A DNA stretch of 64,000 nucleotides from Botryllus schlosseri. Taxonomy: Eukaryota. The notes under the pieces were generated by a model. It worked only from the letters and a program-made list of their open reading frames with translations, had not been told where the DNA came from and ran no database searches. Numbering within the stretch: the first letter of the stretch is position 1; each line of letters begins with the position of its first letter. The stretch covers positions 23,870,001 to 23,934,000 of the forward strand of contig CM119379.1 of assembly GCA_051294905.1 (NCBI GenBank). The letters run 5' to 3'. Positions 53,801-62,800 of this stretch are shown here, one piece after another. A program made the position numbers and the translations under genes.

Positions 53801-56800
53801 ATGGAAGAGCTTTTGACATTGGTAAGTGACGAGCGATAGATTTATAATTCGTGATTGCTGTGAGGCGTTTTCCGTACCGAAAAATACGATCTACGATTGT
53901 GTTGCTGGATGGAAAATGTATGCGTGCGATCGAATTCTAGCTGGGATTGGTTGTGTTCGAATTGCACCTACTGTGCCTTTGACTGCAGTTCTTTTCGGTA
54001 GGTGTGGTTTGTTGTATAGTTACACGGCAAACTGCATTAGTGGAGATGGGCCAGAAAAATATTCCAGCATCTGTGTGGTTTTTAGCTGGGCAATATCGTT
54101 TACCTGGGTGATTCATTTTTTGGGGTCTAATATTGAGATTTGCGTCCAGCGGAATATTCGAGTACCACTCATTATAACGTCATATCAGTACGAATACCTG
54201 AGTAGATTACATATGTGCCTTTTTGTGACCACATTGGAAATAAATGTCAATTAGACGTTATGGAAATGATTTTGTACTTCCTTACAGCGATCATTTCATC
54301 GCGTTTTTATGACCACGAGACAAGTTAATCACATAAATGTTATTTCCGTGAATATTCGTAGTGTTGTGCTAACTGTTTGGACGCTGTGATACAATTAATC
54401 AAGATTTCATAGCTCCCATGGTAGGAAGCAGTATTAAAAATATAGTTGTTGATGTGAAAATACTAGTTACCTCACCAGATTGTCGTGTCAGGATTATGAG
54501 AGACATTTTTGCCAGCCAAAATCGTAATATATGACACGACATTATCATTAATTTCGGTTTGTTACAAGCGCTGTTTCATGCCCTTCATTCCGTTTTCACA
54601 CTTGTAGAGCACTCTGACCTGGATATGTACCTTTGCGTGATGCTGCTGCAACAACATCGTTCTCGCGACTAAACCTGATATTTGAATACCATTTTCCGCA
54701 TTTTGGCATGTTGTGAAACTTTTGTGATGATGACCTGATGAAATATTTTATCGCAGGCGTCTGGGTTTGACCATTTTGGCGGGTACGAGGGGACCAAAGA
54801 CGGGAAAGTTGATTTTTTCAGCGCCGAATGTTCCCGGGTGTCGACAGCCATTGTCTTGATGAAGACCGACGTCTCCGCTTGCGTCGAAGCGATGAAAGGA
54901 TGTATCGAGGTAATTTAGGTTACTTGAAACCAGTGACTTTGGGGCAGACAGACATTTCGAGACGCAGCATAAAAATAGTTCCGATTATGGAAATACTATT
55001 CTATAATGACCATATAAATACAAAATTATGACTATTTCAAAAGTTCAAACACCTCCATCACCTTTCTCTCGGTATACAGGTGGAATATTGACCCTAGATT
55101 AAACGCTATCATTCGTATTGCAATGACGAAGTGATCAAAGTAGTCAGCGTAGGTACAATGTAAAAGTTGCAATTTTCTAAAATATATTCACTTATCATGA
55201 TGCAGATGCTATTCCACCAAGTTGCTATCACAATTTCACACATAATAGTGATCAAAACATATCCCAAACTGTGAAGCAAAAGTGAAACATAACCACATGA
55301 GCAATGTTCCCTCTAAGCTGCGCACGTGCGCAAATGCGCAGTGCTGAAACGGTCTCTGCGCAAAGAAAATCTAAGTTGCGCACAAAAAATCGGAAGTGAT
55401 GACCTTTATATTAGTCGTTACGCACTGTTGTCCAAGGGTCTGCGCAGTGAAATGGTGGGTGTGCGCAGACTCGTCAAAAATTAGAGGGAACATTGCACAT
55501 GAGTAAGATTTACAAATTAGGCAATACATACTTGAGTACTAGGAAAAATAGAAATGCTTTCCCAGTAAACACAGTACAGACCAAAGATGTAGAAAGCCGA
55601 GCCCGATATAGTAGATATTAGATCTCGGCAGGTCGTAGAAAGGGGGATTTTGTGTCGACTCAATTCAATGTCTTTTCCATGTCCTTCAATAATGTAAATA
55701 TTATGCAGATGCTACAGCCTTTAAACATGGTGAGTAGAATGTAGATCCTACATTAAAAGAACATCCTGATATAATAACCTGTTTTCTACCACTGGGCATA
55801 ACCTGATCACGGCTGCGTACACACACACACACCACATTATCTACTACATATTAATCACATTTGCGGTAATTTAATTCAAAACGAATTGGCAAGTAAATAA
55901 TGCCGGTGTAAAAAATGAAACAAACGAAATTACTTGTAGGGCCAAGTAGCAATGAATGAAACTATGAGAACAGTCAGTAATCAGAAGGTTTCATCGTCTG
56001 ATGATGATAATCCCTCTGGCGTTTTCTTTTCAACACCCTGTAGAAATAAAATGAAAATGACGATTATTAGCCAAGACATTCGTACTGCGAAAATGGCAGA
56101 GGTAGCGAGTAACGAATGACTCCTACATTTTTTTCACCCATACTTACTAAAATGGATTTGATTCTGGACTATTTCCACTCAAGTTTGCAAGTTTTTATTA
56201 TTATATTTTTTATTATTATATGGCTAGAGAACTGACTTCAATCGCCACTTCTACTTGATTATCAAGATCAACGATGACTACTTCAGCAATCTTTGAAAAC
56301 AGCCACTAACACAAAAAGAATTCTTGACTAAAATTTCTTCACATTCTGTCAAAAATGATCAATTCAACAATCCAAATGAATCAGTTATTTGGCAGCTAGT
56401 TGGAGAGATATATACTCAAGTCTAGAAAGCGGAATGATACTCTGCCTGGAAAGCTGAAGACCTAACAATATTGTGTACAGAGAACAAAACATTTGAGTGG
56501 TGGCACTGGTATAGACATTAACAAATTATTAGAATTGACAGCAAGATAACCAGCAAGACATTAAAATGAGAATTAGTGCAGTTTCTTAGGCTGTAGTGAT
56601 ACTCAGCCAGTAATTGACCTAGCAGAGAGCAAAATGTTGTAAAAAAAGCGAGCGAAACCTCCGACAAATGATATGATAAAACATTAGAATCGACAGTCTT
56701 ACTAGAAGCAGAATAACAATCATGAGGGGTTAGAGAACAGAAGCCCGGGAAGTGACCATCAGAAATTACTGCATACTGGCCGAACAAATCCATGACCACT

Positions 56801-59800
56801 AACAAATGGTCTTTTAATAGTCAATATTGATACCAAATGACACCACCCCTATTTCACCGCAACATTTAGCAAATACAGCGCTGGAGTCAACCTTATAAAG
56901 CGCTAACCAAACGCCCATTAGTTTTCCCACCTACTACTTCGCGCTTCGCGGATGGAAATACGCATTAAAGCGAATGGACGCGACTTGTCACACTCTTGCT
57001 ATTTCTGCTCCCTTTTTCTCTTCCTTCCTCTTGAGGAGAGAAACAGTCGGCCGCGTTTCCGGATCGTGAATTCCCGGCTCAAGGGTGATTCTTCCTCCAA
57101 TGGTCAGCACCTTGAAAATTGAGAACAATGTTGTTGCAAAATGCATGACAATTTGAAAGCTACATCATTCTAATTATTCCAGTTATGGCCGTGAATCGTT
57201 ACAAGTGCGGTAACCATAAGAATTATTACTATACTTCAACTACAAATACAATATATTGTATAAAATAATTACTAATTCTTTTACGTTGATCGAGTCCCAA
57301 ATGGATGAAATATGTCAAAGAATTTGCTAAATTTTTTTGTATAATTTGACAGATTCCGAAATCTTCTCAAAGTGCACCTTTCAAAAATTTGATTTAAAGA
57401 CTCCCAACATTTTACAATTCGAAGTTGGATGGCTTAACCAATACAAGCGAACAGTTTGTATCGCAATTCACAATTATGTAGAGAACGCTGCGAGACATGT
57501 GAGTAGGCCTACCCTAAAACGTTTCTCTGACATGGACATTAGGGCTCTTAAAAAATGACTTTTTTCTCAAATCGTTCTGGCTACTTGATAAAATTGTTAG
57601 GTTACCTAATTCAAGCCTACACACCAAATTTGGTTCAATTCCAACCAGTAGCCGCATTGCTACAGGAAAAGAAAGTTTCTATTTATTATGTAAAAATAAA
57701 TGAAAAAAATTTGAAAATTTTCTGTTCACCCCATGTAGTGTTAGTGTTAGGTTATGTATAGAAACGATGTTCATCAAATTTGGTTCGATTCAAACAAGTG
57801 GAAGCGGAGTTATTGCCATCGAAAAATTCGGATTTTAATGAAATAGTATTTACGGTGGGCACCACTATAATAAATAATTAAAGAATTGTGTCACGCTGTC
57901 ATACTGTTTTACGCAACCGTTGTTATGCACTGCATTGTTGCTGTGTTCTGGCTCCATTGATGTTATTTCTAAATTCGACATCAATGCGTCATAATTCTTC
58001 ATCTGGTTTTGAATTCAACTCTGTTTTGCTTCCTTCATCGTGCCGGTAGCTCTTTAATAGGCACGCGAAAAGTTTTTCGGGTTTCAATAACGTTTATCAT
58101 GAAGGTACTTTTGAAAGCAGTATTAAAATTTTGTACCACCAACAAGTTATTTAATTACTATTTATCTTCAAAGTAAATGCTCATTGCATGAAGCAGGGTT
58201 GTAAGACTCGAGTCAGGATTTTCTGTTGACTCGACTTGACTCAGGTCATCTTCTCAAAGTACTGAAATGACTCGACTCATTGCGCATCACTTGAGACTCA
58301 GACGGCCAAGACCGACATTTCATGATTATTTCAAAGAATAGTACAGCAAATCGCTATTGGGATTTCGTCTATTGATACTGGTATTTGAAAATGCGGCCAG
58401 AAACTGCTAAAAGTAAGGAAAATTCGTATATTATAAATGCGACCCACTCGATATCACAAAAAATATATAAAAAGTTGGTTTAACAAGACTTAAATTGGAA
58501 ACTGAGCAGCTAACACAATGACTCTGGCTCGAGTCATAATACCATAACTCGGACTCGGCCCTCTGCTCGCTGACTTGGACTCGGACTTGACTCGGTGGTG
58601 AATTGAAAATGACTCGAGTCAAAACTATAAAAGTGAGATTGACTTGCGACTCGGAGCCTTGTGACTTGGTTACAACCCTGGCATGAAGCCTCAATAGTTA
58701 CATGAGTGGGGTGACTAGACAAAGAACACAGTGACATTTGCAGCATATCATGAATGTCTCTTACTATATGTGATCTTGTTCAAATGGAGGTTGATGAAAG
58801 CGTATTTCCCATTCTTTCCGACTCTGCTATAATTTCACCAGACTGGCAACCTTCTTCATGATGCTTTTTGCTGACTGACCAATATTGTCGCCGCCAACGG
58901 TACGAGTGCAAATGTCTGATATGTCAATATAGGAACAGAATTAGTTGACTGTTCATGACCGTCCACGTTCAGAGTTGCATCTCAAAGATGCCAAAATAAG
59001 CCTAAATATAATCCAAGTAATACGATCGTCCACTTTGACTGACTGAATTTCTAAAAATAATGAACATAACACCTTGATAGCTTCCACATCTTACGTTTAT
59101 ATATACCGTCTGCTATCGCCAAGCATTTGAAAATAAAAAAACAGATTCAACATACCACATCTCTTGCAAAGGCTTTTGCTTTCATTCAATATGTCATCAA
59201 ACTTCTTTAAATCCTCCTTTGTGGTGAGTGGCTTCGTTTTATCATATACAATCTATGGCGCAATAAAAGTTTCGGATAATTTCTAAAACGAACACAATTT
59301 TCCACACAAAAGTCAATTGCCACACGAAATGCCAAATGCTACGGTCCCATTTTACAAGGTATGGCGAGGTAACGTAGTGGTACCCTCCATTATAGCTAAA
59401 CACCAATGAATTGCGGGTTCGAGCCTGACACGTCGACTCCATAATTCCTACCGAAGTGTTGGCCGTTTATCTAGGCTCCTCCTCGCCATCTGATCCGCAT
59501 AGCCATGTCTTAAAAAGCCTAGGAGTGGGCCGTGCTATAAGTGGGCAGATGGTTGCCGATGAACTCGGCACTTGGTGAATTCGGCCCACGGGAAATTGTG
59601 TAATGAAGTGTATTAACAGCTATTAATATGAATTATTAAACTAATAATAGTATTATCAAGTGATTCGTCAATCTTGTAAGGAGGTCAGGGCATCCGTAGA
59701 TCACGCAGTCACGGCGTGATTAGATCACGGATTGCGTAGCCGCGGGAAATAACGCAGCGCTCATATACCGACCACGCGCGGTCTGCTTGGAATCGATGGC

Positions 59801-62800
59801 GTGAGTGACGGGCCTGTGTCGTGTAAATTTTGAGAAGATGGATCTTGGCGTTGTATGTGAGATCGAAACTGTGGAAGATCAAGCGGCGCTTCTTCGTTTA
59901 TCGATCACGACAAGCCAGTGTTCCTCATCAACAAATGTTTCGCATGATCAAGTCAAAATAAATTATTTTTAGCCTTTGGAGAGACGATTCCACTCTGGGG
60001 TTAGGGTGTCTCGATAACAAGGTTGAAGGATCCCAAGATTACGAGATCTACCGCGAGCCACGACACGTTTAAATTTCCTTTTTGATACTGTTCATTCATA
60101 TTAAATGCATTTCTAATGCGAAGGTGTTCTAGTGCCAATTCCTCCAAGGGCCGAGTTCACCAAGTGAAGAGCGTCACGTTATTTCCCGCGATTACGCAAT
60201 CTGTGATCTAATCACGCCGTGACTGTGTGATCTACGCATGCCCTGACCCCCGTACAACATTGACAACCACTCAAAGTGCCAAGTTCACCCGCAAACATTC
60301 CAGTAACCAATCATGGTGACCGGTACCGCTACGAGATCTACCACGGCCAAATTCACCAAGTGCCGAGTTTGTGCGGCCGAATTCACTAAGTGCCGAGTTC
60401 ACTGGTAATCGGGCAGATACGGAATGATAATAATAAGAACCGGCCTGGTGTAAAATGACCAGTGTAGTCGAACCACCACCATGAACACCACAAACAAACA
60501 AACAAACATCTAACATGGAAAAGAAATTACCTTTACAGCCTTTGACAAACACAGTTACCATTGAAATCAGCAATTTAGGTCTTATTCGAAAGCAGAATAA
60601 CAACTGTTTTAGCGGACATATCAAATCAAATGTTGGAAAGTTCATGTAAATTAGCCCAAAATATTATCTTACTGTGACCATATTCTATCAATATGGTCTG
60701 GCTAGCCAAATTCTCTGGGCCAACATAAACCAGCTGCGTTTGGTTTCAACGATTAATAATCTTGTCACTGGATTCGAGGTATAATTGCACTCAAATATCA
60801 AATTTTGCTCCATTAATCAACATCAAGTTGAAAATGTCCATTCTTGCACCAACTTTTATAAAATCACGAATCAGTGTTCTACAGGTATGTATATCTATAT
60901 GACTTATATACCTAGAAAATTCAAGCATAAATATTATGATATACCGTAGGTATAGGTACCGGTAATTCAGATGTTTGAAGCGACTTGGACAACTAGATAA
61001 TTATAGTGGTCTAATTTCACTAAATTAGAGCGAAATGCCAGCAATATAATTGTAATCTAATTCGGAAAAAACGGTTTAGCTCTAATTCTAGCCTGGAAAA
61101 GCTGAAACTTTTCTATAGTTGTCTACACCTGTTTTGCAGAAAGTCAAACAGCTCTAGGAGTCATATACTACAGGCAATTCGAAATACCCCATAAGCTATA
61201 TGCTACTGTGTATATACCTTTAACCCGCTACCTCAGTCAGTCACAATTCCTATATATTTACGGCATTTACCATACAGAAAGAGCGAACTATGCCTGGCTG
61301 CGACCTGTTGCGCGTCAAATCTTTGTCCGGCACGATGACCTAAAATTTGAATCGCCGAAATATTCTAGAAGTCACGCATCGATAATCATATTCCTAAACG
61401 TACAACATCTCACTTATTTAGTTATTCTCCGAATAAAACTATTAGCCATACTCGTTGAACATGCGAGATTACCGAAAGAGCGAATATATATATAATGAAG
61501 ATCATATATATAAGAAGAAAACAAAACTGTTCGACCTTAGAGCAACAACACGAATATACAACACCGGTGACATCCTCACGCAATACGACGAAGGGAGAAC
61601 ATTGTTTTCTAATGGATAGAACGAAGCTACCGCATGAGATCGAACAAAACCGGATAGGAATTCATCGTGATTGAATGTACCGACAAAGTCATCCTTTCTA
61701 CGTATTTTAGTCATACCAGCGAGAGATAGAAAATTTGCATTATTAGGTTAACTACCGGATATAACGAAGCCTAATGCATGAGATGGAACAACACCATGTA
61801 TGAATTTATTCTGATTGAATATAACCACAAGACCATCCTACTACGTATTTTAGACATTCCCTCGACACTTAGAAAATCAGAACCTAATCGAGATGATCCC
61901 GGATGATCCTTTTACGGTTTTGTGTTTGCTGGGTTGTTACCGAACACCTCGGTTGCAATGAGCTATAGCCAGGGTTACCACACCGCCCCTATTTCTCAGA
62001 TGTGTCCTTATATTGACGGGCGGCGTCCTTATTTATAAGATTTGACTTAACGGTATTTCTTACTTTTGACTTGCGTGTCAATAACAACCATGCCTATAGC
62101 GTATATCTTATCATTCATGAGTCAATTATACCTCTCAACTCAGATAAGCGACAGACACCTTCGTATCATCGAGTCCTTGATAAACGACGCGATACCTCAA
62201 GCTTGGATCGCGAATATTCCGGAAGTGTTTCGATATCACTCTCACCGCACCGTACGTTCGTTCCTTCGCTTATTACAATCTTCATCGACTGTCTTACGAA
62301 GATACAAGTACGCTGCGAGGAATTTCTTATCCGGCAACATGGGACTGGAAATGGTAGATGCGTTACCCTTTCAACCTGATTTCTATGTCATTTTGTATTT
62401 TTGTTAGCTAATCTAAAGTTTCAGGGTATCGACTAGATCTGATCAAAACTGACAAGTGAAGTGATTCTGTTCTGAATATAGTATTAGGTTTTGAATTGAG
62501 TCAAGAATTTGAGTATTACTCGTTGTGACGTCACGACAGTATGTATGATATGATGAAAGTTAAAAATGTATACCTTTCATGCGACCACCAAGAAAATAAT
62601 CCCAGTTCTACATCATGTTGAAGATTATTTGGTATTTTCCCTACCATACCTAATTCATTTCACTTAGTCGCAATGCTGTGAGTTGATCACCAGATCACCA
62701 CATCTCAGTGTCAAGGAACGTATTATTTCAGTAGTCCAAAAATAGTATCTCGAATTATAGAATTATTACTTGATTCAGATTCAAGTCACGAATTCTGTAG

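Noticed and set aside
53826-54254. 142-aa + ORF
   Set aside because: It starts at a splice donor region, has intron-like hydrophobic composition, and is not needed for the dynein reading frame.
57905-58050. Candidate middle exon of the nested antisense gene
   Set aside because: All three frames after the most likely acceptor hit stops, so I could not support a reading frame.
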